Positions 16,417 to 23,753 of a stretch of DNA of 64,000 nt are shown piece by piece. Below the pieces are notes generated by a model. The model saw nothing but the letters and a program-made list of their open reading frames with translations. It was not told the origin of the DNA and made no database searches. The stretch is from Patescibacteria group bacterium (GTDB lineage: Bacteria; Patescibacteriota; Microgenomatia; UBA1406), in the NCBI GenBank assembly GCA_041665145.1, contig JBAYJK010000001.1:421629-485628 (forward strand), given 5' to 3'. Position 1 is the first letter of the stretch, and the number at the start of each line of letters is the position of its first letter. Both the position numbers and the translations under genes were made by a program.

Positions 16417-16498
16417 TGCCGGGAAGAGGACTTGAACCTCCACGCCTTACGGCATACGCACCTCAAGCGTACGTGTATACCAATTTCACCATCCCGGC
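16417..16498 (-). tRNA. tRNA-Leu (anticodon GAG), class II with long variable arm
   Basis: Hand-folded as acceptor GCCGGGA/TCCCGGC, anticodon stem TACGC/GCGTA, loop TTGAGGT, variable arm TGCCGTAAGGCGT, and T-arm GGAGG-TTCAAGT-CCTCT. Length is 82 nt. Confidence 0.85.
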
Positions 16499-16504
16499 GA
16501 AAAT

Positions 16505-16595
16505 AAGCTTAAAGCTTAAATATTTAATATAAATAAAGCCTAAAGCTTAAATATTCAAGCTTTATTAAATCTTAAGCCTTTAAGCTTTATGCTTA
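16505..16595. repeat. Degenerate 7-bp tandem array (AAGCTTA family, ~13 units)
   Basis: AAGCTTA AAGCTTA AATATTT AATATAA ATAAAGC CTAAAGC TTAAATA TTCAAGC TTTATTA AATCTTA AGCCTTT AAGCTTT ATGCTTA. It runs from the tRNA-Leu 5' flank into the last codons of yqeY. Confidence 0.8.
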
Positions 16596-17014
16596 TTTAC
16601 CAACCCTGCTATTCTACTAGACTCAGCCACACCTTTCAACTCGCGAACAACCAAACCGATTTTTTGACCCATATTGGTTACTTCAGGATGAGCCTCAATT
16701 ACTGTTTTTATTCTGCTTAGAAGTTCATCTTCTGGCATCTCTGCAGGTACGTATGAGGAAAGCACTTTCATTTCATACTCATTTTCCTCCACTAGGTCTG
16801 TTCTTCCACCTTTTTCAAACATAAGCTTGGCGTCGTTAATGGACTTCAGTTGCTTTCGGATAACTGCGACAACCTCCTCGTCTGTAAGCTCTCTATGTTT
16901 ATCTATTTCGGCATTTTTGATTTGAGAAATCAGACTGCGCAAAATTGTCACCTTTTTGCTTTCTTTCGCTTTCAATGCAGTAATCATGTCCTGTTGAAGT
17001 TGTTGTTTTATCAT
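16580..17014 (-). CDS. yqeY: GatB/YqeY domain protein
   Basis: 144 aa. MIKQQLQQDMITALKAKESKKVTILRSLISQIKNAEIDK... is typical of the YqeY family. Confidence 0.85.
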   Translation of the reverse strand: MIKQQLQQDMITALKAKESKKVTILRSLISQIKNAEIDKHRELTDEEVVAVIRKQLKSINDAKLMFEKGGRTDLVEENEYEMKVLSSYVPAEMPEDELLSRIKTVIEAHPEVTNMGQKIGLVVRELKGVAESSRIAGLVNKHKA

Positions 17015-17021
17015 AGATGTT

Positions 17022-17030
17022 AGTATAACA
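17022..17030 (-). promoter_or_regulatory. Extended -10 (TGTTATACT on minus strand) 7 nt before the yqeY ATG
   Basis: Minus strand reads TGTTATACT-AACATCT-ATG(17014). No SD sequence is present. Confidence 0.45.
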
Positions 17031-17046
17031 TGAACATTCTCGACTG

Positions 17047-17081
17047 TTTAATCTTTATTCTTTAAGCTTTAAGCTTACCTT
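17047..17081. repeat. 7-bp tandem array (TTTAATC TTTATTC TTTAAGC TTTAAGC TTACCTT)
   Basis: Read directly from the sequence. It uses the same AAGCTT word family as 16505-16595, on the other side of yqeY. Confidence 0.75.
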
Positions 17082-17285
17082 TCTATCCTATAGTTGCCTT
17101 TTCACGGCAAAAGTGTTAAAATTATCACATATTCTTATGGGTGGTGTATTTGGTGGTATAACAAATATACATATCAAATACATACAAAGATTTTGGGCAC
17201 ATTGCAGCCTCAAATTTCACCCACAGTTCTTTAAAAAGAGAATCTACAACAATAAACACGCTCAGTTGGCGCGTTGAGGAAATAA

Positions 17286-17333
17286 GTCTTAAGGTCTAAG
17301 TGTCTGAATGTCTGAGAGTCTAAATGTCTCAAG
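17286..17333. repeat. 8-bp tandem array (GTCTTAAG GTCTAAGT GTCTGAAT GTCTGAGA GTCTAAAT GTCTCAAG)
   Basis: Read directly from the sequence. It lies at the left edge of the GC-rich island. Confidence 0.8.
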
Positions 17334-17425
17334 ATCAAGACAAGACTTGCTTTTTCGGCGCGCTGACTGAGTGCGGGCAGGTACGAGGGAGGCGACACTT
17401 AACAATAGGAAAGAAGGAATAGACA

Positions 17426-19036
17426 ATGAAAAAGAAGCGTTTGTTGACGGGCCTCACGGCCCTCGTAATCTGTGCCCTGCTGCTGGGCACAGTCGGCGGC
17501 GCATTTGCGCCGACCGTGAAAGCAGCCTCGAATGTTGTCGTCATTAAGCCAGCTCTGGCTACCAAGGGAATGATGCTTGCAGCGGATAGCCCGTTGCGGG
17601 CGCACACGACCGAGTTCGTGGCCTACGGGCCACCGACGGGGCCGGTGAAGCCGAATTGGACCTGCGACGGAGTTTTAAAGTCGCAGAATTCCAACGGTTC
17701 ATGGCGGGTTGAGCTAGTTGCCGCGGGGCTGTTTTTCCGGATTGTAGTAAACAATACCGAGAGCAGCCCTCAGGGCGGGGGCACACAAGAGTCGTTCATC
17801 TTCGACAGCGTGTGGTTGTCCGGGGGCCTGGTGTACCAGGGCCAGGCCTCGGATGACAGTATAAGCTGGACCGACACGGACGCCTGCGTGTTCCATGTGG
17901 GGTCGCTCACACAGACTCCCACGAGCACGTCGACGTCTACGCGGACGTCCACACCTACACGCACCCCGACCGTGACGCGCACGCCGACGGCGACGAAGAC
18001 GCCGGTCAACACGGCCACGCCGACGCCGTCTGAAACACCGACGGCGACACGGACGAATACCCCAACTCGGACGAATACTCCGACGCCGACCAACACGGTC
18101 ACGCCCAGCGTGACCCCGACACCCACGAGCACGAATACGCCGGTCAGTACAATCACGCCCAGCGTGACGCCGACCGTGACGCCAACTCGGACTCCGAGTC
18201 CTAGTCCGACAAACACACCGCCGTCTTCGACAAGTACGCCGGTCACGCCCAGTGCGACGCCGACCCGGACGAATACTCCGGTGTCGAGCGTAACGCCGAC
18301 ACTCACCTCGACGCCGAAGTCGAGCGTGACGCCAACCGATACGCCGCCGCCTTCGACGGGGACGCCGGTTGACACGGCCACGCCGACGGCGACGGGAACG
18401 AAGAACCCGCCTGTCGATCAGGTGGTTATCTTTGGTTCGTTCTGCGTGGCAAACCGCAAGGTTTTGACGTGGTCAGACCTTCTGCCTGCAGACAAGGGCG
18501 GATCGCCCCTTGGAAATATGTCGATCACTGGACTCTTCACGTTGAATGCCGGCGGCACCGAAGTTAAGGGCGCGCCTACGGCTAACAATGGATGGAGTGG
18601 CCCGATCTGGGCCAAAGCCGGAACCTGGAGGTCGGTTGGCACCCCCTTTACGTGGAAGCAAAACGAAGGGCGCGCTGAGTTTCCGATCATCGGCGCCTTC
18701 ACGGTGCCGAATGATTCGAGCGTTGCAATCAGTCAGATTGCGACGTGGACGGGCAAAGAGTGGACCCCGGCGACGGTGCTGTTGGACAGTCGGAGTTACC
18801 AGAAGATTGTTCTGGGGTTCGACTGCGGTGAGCCGACGGCGACGGAAACGCCGGTTCCGGGGGAGACCCCGGAAGCCGCCCCTGAAACGGGCGGGGCGGG
18901 GATGCCCCCGGTTCATCGGGGGGGGAACGACGGGCCGGTTGAAATCCCGCTGCTTCTGATTCTGGCAGCTGCCCTCGTCGTTCTGGCACCGGCATCGTTC
19001 GTGGTCTGGCGCTCGCGGCGCCCGATCAGGGACTAG
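17426..19036 (+). CDS. GC-rich secreted/surface protein with ~190-aa Thr/Pro/Ser linker and C-terminal PETG + TM + basic tail
   Basis: 536 aa with an N-terminal signal-like helix and an SD sequence (GGAAAGAAGGAA). The linker is [30 protein letters not shown]... The C-terminus is APETGGAG...[28 protein letters not shown]. Codons are ACG/CCG/GAC-rich, unlike the rest of the window. Confidence 0.7.
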   Translation: MKKKRLLTGLTALVICALLLGTVGGAFAPTVKAASNVVVIKPALATKGMMLAADSPLRAHTTEFVAYGPPTGPVKPNWTCDGVLKSQNSNGSWRVELVAAGLFFRIVVNNTESSPQGGGTQESFIFDSVWLSGGLVYQGQASDDSISWTDTDACVFHVGSLTQTPTSTSTSTRTSTPTRTPTVTRTPTATKTPVNTATPTPSETPTATRTNTPTRTNTPTPTNTVTPSVTPTPTSTNTPVSTITPSVTPTVTPTRTPSPSPTNTPPSSTSTPVTPSATPTRTNTPVSSVTPTLTSTPKSSVTPTDTPPPSTGTPVDTATPTATGTKNPPVDQVVIFGSFCVANRKVLTWSDLLPADKGGSPLGNMSITGLFTLNAGGTEVKGAPTANNGWSGPIWAKAGTWRSVGTPFTWKQNEGRAEFPIIGAFTVPNDSSVAISQIATWTGKEWTPATVLLDSRSYQKIVLGFDCGEPTATETPVPGETPEAAPETGGAGMPPVHRGGNDGPVEIPLLLILAAALVVLAPASFVVWRSRRPIRD

Positions 19037-19151
19037 TGGTTGGGTTCCCCCTGCCTGGGGAGCCTGACCAAGTGTTGTAGTTTCTCGGGCTGTATAGTTT
19101 AGCGCGTAGCGATTTTCTGCTACGAAAGCCGAACTATACAGCTAGGTAGTA

Positions 19152-19184
19152 GGAGGGGGGCGGAACACCGGTTCCGCCCTCTTC
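19152..19184 (+). terminator. GC-rich hairpin (GGCGGAAC-ACCG-GTTCCGCC, extendable) after the surface-protein gene
   Basis: An 8-bp perfect stem with flanking GAGG/CCTC, followed by an A/T-rich tract. It is preceded by a second long hairpin at 19089-19142 (11-bp outer stem GCTGTATAGTT/AACTATACAGC). Confidence 0.4.
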
Positions 19185-19234
19185 AACAAAATAAAACGGA
19201 TATAAAACAGTAAATAAATATTACTTTTTGTTTT

Positions 19235-20248
19235 ATGTCTGAACTAAAAAGAGAGGCATTTGATGCTCAGGCCCTTAATGACTTTACGTTAAGGCTGAAA
19301 GCAGAAGAAGCTTTTATAGCGGAAGAAAAAAGATTGGCTGCAGAAGCGGCCAGGCGTCGTATGGCTATAAAATGCTATTCTTTAGTTGCCGCAGCAACAC
19401 TTGGTTTGCTTGTTGCCTGGAGCTCTCTGTCTAGCTCGAACGGTTCTCATCCGTTTAGCGGAGCTCTCCCAGTACCAAGCAGATTGCCTATTTCCACAAT
19501 TGTTCCTACAAGTACTCCAACTGTTGAACCAACTATACGCGCTACTCCTGTCCGCACGCCAGCAAGAGTATCTCCCACAACTACCCTCGAGCCGACTGTA
19601 ACTCCAGTGGACACAAAACCGAATTATACGGTCGGTAGTATAGATTTTTCGCAAGAACTTCCAATTAGTATGTCTATTAAACTAACGGATGGTACTGAAT
19701 TCATGATTAACGAACAACTTGTTTTATATCATGATGGGATGACCGATTCCGAAAAAGCGGCTTTTAGTCAGAAAACTGCTGCGGGCACGGGTAAGGCAGT
19801 AATAAATTATACACATGAAGGCGGTGTGCTTATGTTTGGCCACTCAGGATGGATGCACGAAAAACCCCTGGAGTTTGAAGCGTTGCGTCACTATCTTGAA
19901 GGAGGGGATATAACACATCTCGATTCGATGTTATCTGAGAAAGAGCGTGCACAACGTATGAAAAATTTAGAAGGCGCAGCGGTGACAATAAATGGGAAAC
20001 TGTTTGTTATTGCAAACGTGACATATATACCATATGACCAGGTAGAGCCTGTTACCGCGAATATGCATGCAATGGTCAGTAACGTAGCGCGCGTGACCGG
20101 GGGGAAGAGTTCTCCATTTGCCGAATATTTGCAACAAGGCACACAAGTTTTGATTCCAATTTTCTGCGGAATCGGTCCTGGTAAGTCCCTTGACGAGATC
20201 GCAACGTATTCACGGTATGTTATAGCAGTTGAACCTCTTCAGCAATGA
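19235..20248 (+). CDS. Membrane-anchored sortase-like transpeptidase (tentative)
   Basis: 337 aa. A cytoplasmic N-terminus, one TM helix and a P/T linker are followed by a domain with sortase-like motifs in order: VLMFGHSGW (His), FEALRHYLEGG, VLIPIFCGIGP (Cys), YSRYVIAVEP (Arg). This is motif-level evidence only. Confidence 0.4.
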   Translation: MSELKREAFDAQALNDFTLRLKAEEAFIAEEKRLAAEAARRRMAIKCYSLVAAATLGLLVAWSSLSSSNGSHPFSGALPVPSRLPISTIVPTSTPTVEPTIRATPVRTPARVSPTTTLEPTVTPVDTKPNYTVGSIDFSQELPISMSIKLTDGTEFMINEQLVLYHDGMTDSEKAAFSQKTAAGTGKAVINYTHEGGVLMFGHSGWMHEKPLEFEALRHYLEGGDITHLDSMLSEKERAQRMKNLEGAAVTINGKLFVIANVTYIPYDQVEPVTANMHAMVSNVARVTGGKSSPFAEYLQQGTQVLIPIFCGIGPGKSLDEIATYSRYVIAVEPLQQ

Positions 20249-20823
20249 CGACAGAAAACAGTGTCGGTTCTACGGATATAGGTGCAAAGACTAGGGAAAA
20301 TCATGCGGCATGGCATGCTTTTGTGGCCGAACAAATGAAACCCCATTCAATGGCTATAAATATGCTGTGTGCGAAAGGACTTAGTGTGGGGGAAGCGGAG
20401 GACTTATTAATGCAAGTCGTTCTCGAATTGCAAACGCTTTATATTGCCCGCGGCGAGCTCATTATTCAACCGGTGCATTTACTGAGACATGTATTGAGAT
20501 TACGGTTTATCGACAAATATTATGCCCGTTCAAGTGATGATACACGAACTGTTTTATTGGATAAGACCTTGTTTAGAACGAGAGGTTATATAGATCGTTA
20601 TGTCGAAGATGCTGCCGAAGCGGCTTTCGAGCGCGATTTGTTATACAAATCAGTGAAAATGCTGCCAACTAATGAGCAGAGCGTGTTGCAACTGAATCTA
20701 AGTGGCTATAGTATTGCGGAAATTGCCGAATATATGAACATGACCGAGGGTAACGTGAGGGTTGTGTTGCATAGAGGTCGTAACCGCGTAAAGGCGTTAC
20801 TTATGGATAATAGATCTGTTTAA
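20245..20823 (+). CDS. ECF-type sigma-70 family factor
   Basis: 192 aa. It has a region 2-like segment (AEDLLMQVVLELQ...RFIDKYY) and a region 4 HTH (LPTNEQSVLQLNLSGYSIAEIAEYMNMTEGNVRVVLHRGRNRVK). Its start overlaps the preceding stop (ATGA). Confidence 0.7.
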   Translation: MTTENSVGSTDIGAKTRENHAAWHAFVAEQMKPHSMAINMLCAKGLSVGEAEDLLMQVVLELQTLYIARGELIIQPVHLLRHVLRLRFIDKYYARSSDDTRTVLLDKTLFRTRGYIDRYVEDAAEAAFERDLLYKSVKMLPTNEQSVLQLNLSGYSIAEIAEYMNMTEGNVRVVLHRGRNRVKALLMDNRSV

Positions 20824-20826
20824 TTT

Positions 20827-22356
20827 TTACTCACCTACCCGGTACTGCAGCGCTTCGGCCATATGAGAGAGTTCTATCACATCTTTATTATCAAGGTCGG
20901 CTATTGTTTGAGATAATTTAATTAATTTAAAATAGACTCGGACAGATAAATTAAGCGTGTCTATTGCTTTTTTGACTATTTCCTCTGCTTCAGGAGTTAA
21001 TTTGCAGTATGTTTTTATTTCCTTTGTTCCCATTTCCCCGTTCGTGAATACGCGTTCGTTTTTCAGTCGGTTTTTTTGACGTTCACGGGCTTTGAACACT
21101 CTGTTCCGCACTTCGAAACTACTCGTTCCAGATACTGCAGTTGCCGAAAGCGTTAATTTGTTGGAGTCAATTGCCGGAACAAATATATGCATGTCGATGC
21201 GGTCAAGGAGCGGGCCGGACAACCGTTTCTTATATTGTACGATCTGATTCGGAGAACACGAGCACCCTTTTTTGGTGTCACCCAAGTGTCCGCACGGGCA
21301 GGGGTTTGTTGCAGCAACCAGTATAAACCGCGTGGGGAATGTCGCATTTCCATGAGCTCGGGAAATAGTGACCACACCGTCTTCCAACGGCTGACGCAAC
21401 GCTTCTATAACGGAACGGGGGAATTCGGCCATCTCATCCATAAACAGAACGCCCCGATGGGCAAGTGAGATCTCTCCCGGAGTCGGTTTTGAACCACCAC
21501 CGATAAGCCCGATTCTTGACGTTGTATGGTGTGGGCTGCGAAACGGGGGATGCAATACAAGCGGTTCCTGTTCGTTCAACAATCCGTGTATCGAGTAAAT
21601 TCTGCTGGCCTCCATTACTTCCTCTTCCGTAAGAGACGGAAGAATTGACGGCATTGAGCGGGCTAGCAAAGTTTTCCCGGTTCCGGGCGGGCCGTTTAAT
21701 AGAATGTTATGAAATCCTGCGGCAGAAATTTCCATGGCGCGTTTTGCCTGGTATTGCTCAATAATATCCTTAAAGTCGTAGTCGTACACTGTTTCGGAAA
21801 AGAAGTGCGAGAGAGAAATCGGGGAGAGAGGGGTGAGAAGGGAAACATGGGTGAGGTGCAAAACCAGATCCCCGAGAGTTTTTACCGCGTAAATGGTAAC
21901 TCCCGAAATCATGCTGACCTCCTTGGCATTATTGTAAGGAATAAACACTTCCTGCTTTTCCTGCGTTTTCGCCAAAAGCACCAGAGGCATTACTCCCCTT
22001 ATTTTCGTTAAACTGCCGTCGAGTGAAAGTTCGCCGGCAAAGAATTTGTTTTGCAGATCATCTTTGTTTACTGAACCGTTTGCTGCCAATATCCCGATTG
22101 CAATCGGAACATCATACAATGAGCCTTCTTTGGGAATATCTGCCGGAGAAAGATTGATGACGGTCCGGTGTTCAGGGAGAGGAAGATCTGTATTGGAAAG
22201 CGCTGCAAGTACCCGTTCTTTGGCTTCGGCAACGGCCTTGTCAGGCAATCCGACGATTTGCACACCGGGAAGTCCGAGATTATATACATCAGTCTCTATG
22301 ATAATCGGGACTGCCTCAAGTCCATACAATGCTCCGGAGTGAATTTTTGAAAACAT
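20827..22356 (-). CDS. comM: Mg-chelatase-like AAA+ ATPase ComM/YifB
   Basis: 509 aa with an N-terminal Lon-protease-like domain, Walker A (LLNGPPGTGKTLLA), Walker B (VLFMDEMAEF) and a C-terminal ComM domain. Confidence 0.9.
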   Translation of the reverse strand: MFSKIHSGALYGLEAVPIIIETDVYNLGLPGVQIVGLPDKAVAEAKERVLAALSNTDLPLPEHRTVINLSPADIPKEGSLYDVPIAIGILAANGSVNKDDLQNKFFAGELSLDGSLTKIRGVMPLVLLAKTQEKQEVFIPYNNAKEVSMISGVTIYAVKTLGDLVLHLTHVSLLTPLSPISLSHFFSETVYDYDFKDIIEQYQAKRAMEISAAGFHNILLNGPPGTGKTLLARSMPSILPSLTEEEVMEASRIYSIHGLLNEQEPLVLHPPFRSPHHTTSRIGLIGGGSKPTPGEISLAHRGVLFMDEMAEFPRSVIEALRQPLEDGVVTISRAHGNATFPTRFILVAATNPCPCGHLGDTKKGCSCSPNQIVQYKKRLSGPLLDRIDMHIFVPAIDSNKLTLSATAVSGTSSFEVRNRVFKARERQKNRLKNERVFTNGEMGTKEIKTYCKLTPEAEEIVKKAIDTLNLSVRVYFKLIKLSQTIADLDNKDVIELSHMAEALQYRVGE

Positions 22357-22409
22357 TACACTAACTGTACGTGTTGAAAAGCTAGAATACCACCGCTTAT
22401 ATGCCTCTT

Positions 22410-23714
22410 TTATTTGCTTCCGGAGACGAGTGGCACGGTTATCGAGGCTCCTGAATCAGATTTTATAGTTGCTGCGGATACTTTACTGAAAATCCAGAAG
22501 CGGTTGTAGTAATCATTGGTCTTGCTGCGGTATTTCAAGTTTCCGTAGCCGGCGACACTCAGTTTACTGGCCCCTCTCCGATTACTCCGGACTCGAATTG
22601 TCATACGACTGATGAACCACCATTGCCGTGAAACATCAGCTTGCAAAACCGTTAATACTTCATCAACCGTCGGGGGAAGTGCCGGTGCTGTGGTAGCTGT
22701 TGGTGCTTGAGTCGTAATTGCCGTCGGCTGAGGTATCTCGGTTGGAATTGGAGTGTTTGACGGGACTGGAGTATTGGTTGGTATCGGTGTGTTCGTTGGT
22801 ATTGGAGTGTTAGTTGGTATTGGGGTTGGAGTTTTGGTAGGGGTCGGAGTCTTCGTTGGTGTTGGTGTCGGAGTTCTTGTTGGAGTGGGAGTATTTGTCA
22901 GGGTAGGTGTCGGAGTTTTTGTTGCGGTTGGAATAGGAGAGTTTGCTGGTCGCGGTGCAGTTGTTGCAGAAGGAGCAGGTGTACCGGAAGCTATCGGTAT
23001 CGGTGTGCTTGTTGGTGTGAGACTTAGCACAACAGGAGTTGTGAAGTTAAAAGACAAATTCTGTACTGCTCCTAAAACATTGTTCGGCATACGTGTTGTC
23101 GGGGTCGGTCCGCTCGCAACCGTAGGGACAATCATGGATTCGACCAAAACACTATTACCGGTTCCGTTTGTTGCGAAATCAAACGTCAAAGATCCTGCTC
23201 CTGTTTTTAGGGGGTGCAGTATTAATGTTGCAATTGTTTCTTTCGAATTGGTGAGTAAGGGATAATACAAACCCTGCGGATCCTGGAGATTCCGAGCTGT
23301 TACGGATATATCTACATATGACTTTCCTTGGGCATCCGTTGCAAAAATCGGATTGACAACCTTGTACTTCAAAAGACTGAGTGTGGCAGGATTTACATCT
23401 GTTGTATACAACGTGATGGGTGACGTGATTGTTATGAGCGTCGGGTCATAGAAAAAAACTGCCTCAGCTGTCTCAATTTTGTGTGCAAAGGAATTGACCA
23501 CGACGTCAACCCGAACATCCTGCCCTGCCGTAAAATTCCACACACCGCTCGCGTCGGCAGATCCAGTTGTAGGAACGAATGATAATGATGCATTTCCCGA
23601 TGCTTTTGTATTTGTTTTGAAATTAGATCCGAGAAAAAGAAGGCTTGCAATTATGCCAAGAGTAACCAGAACGGGGACAAGCACAGATCCGCTGCGGAGT
23701 TTCAGTATGTTCAT
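22410..23714 (-). CDS. Secreted/anchored protein: cohesin-like N-terminal domain + TP-rich linker + ~100-aa C-terminal domain
   Basis: 434 aa with an N-terminal TM/signal. Residues ~42-200 show a cohesin-like pattern ([33 protein letters not shown] ... [22 protein letters not shown]). The linker is [47 protein letters not shown]. Confidence 0.45.
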   Translation of the reverse strand: MNILKLRSGSVLVPVLVTLGIIASLLFLGSNFKTNTKASGNASLSFVPTTGSADASGVWNFTAGQDVRVDVVVNSFAHKIETAEAVFFYDPTLITITSPITLYTTDVNPATLSLLKYKVVNPIFATDAQGKSYVDISVTARNLQDPQGLYYPLLTNSKETIATLILHPLKTGAGSLTFDFATNGTGNSVLVESMIVPTVASGPTPTTRMPNNVLGAVQNLSFNFTTPVVLSLTPTSTPIPIASGTPAPSATTAPRPANSPIPTATKTPTPTLTNTPTPTRTPTPTPTKTPTPTKTPTPIPTNTPIPTNTPIPTNTPVPSNTPIPTEIPQPTAITTQAPTATTAPALPPTVDEVLTVLQADVSRQWWFISRMTIRVRSNRRGASKLSVAGYGNLKYRSKTNDYYNRFWIFSKVSAATIKSDSGASITVPLVSGSK

Positions 23715-23753
23715 GTTAATGATAATTGTAATATATATTTACTATTTCGTAAT

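Noticed and set aside
17137-17280. Possible ~47-codon ORF (MGGVFGGITNIHIKY...) in the yqeY-island spacer
   Set aside because: It falls below the ORF-track threshold, has no SD or leaderless-type promoter at the right spacing, and its composition is not protein-like. It is left unannotated.
17770-18381. 203-aa Gly/Val-rich minus-strand ORF, and the analogous 170-aa plus-strand ORF at 22753-23265
   Set aside because: Both are the reverse-complement reading of Thr/Pro-rich linker repeats (ACN/CCN read backwards gives GGN/GTN). The sense genes have signal peptides and globular domains.
18418-18995. Several overlapping 88-147-aa ORFs on both strands inside the GC-rich gene
   Set aside because: High G+C suppresses stop codons in all frames. 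The products are Arg/Pro/Gly-rich nonsense and lie fully inside the better-supported 536-aa ORF.
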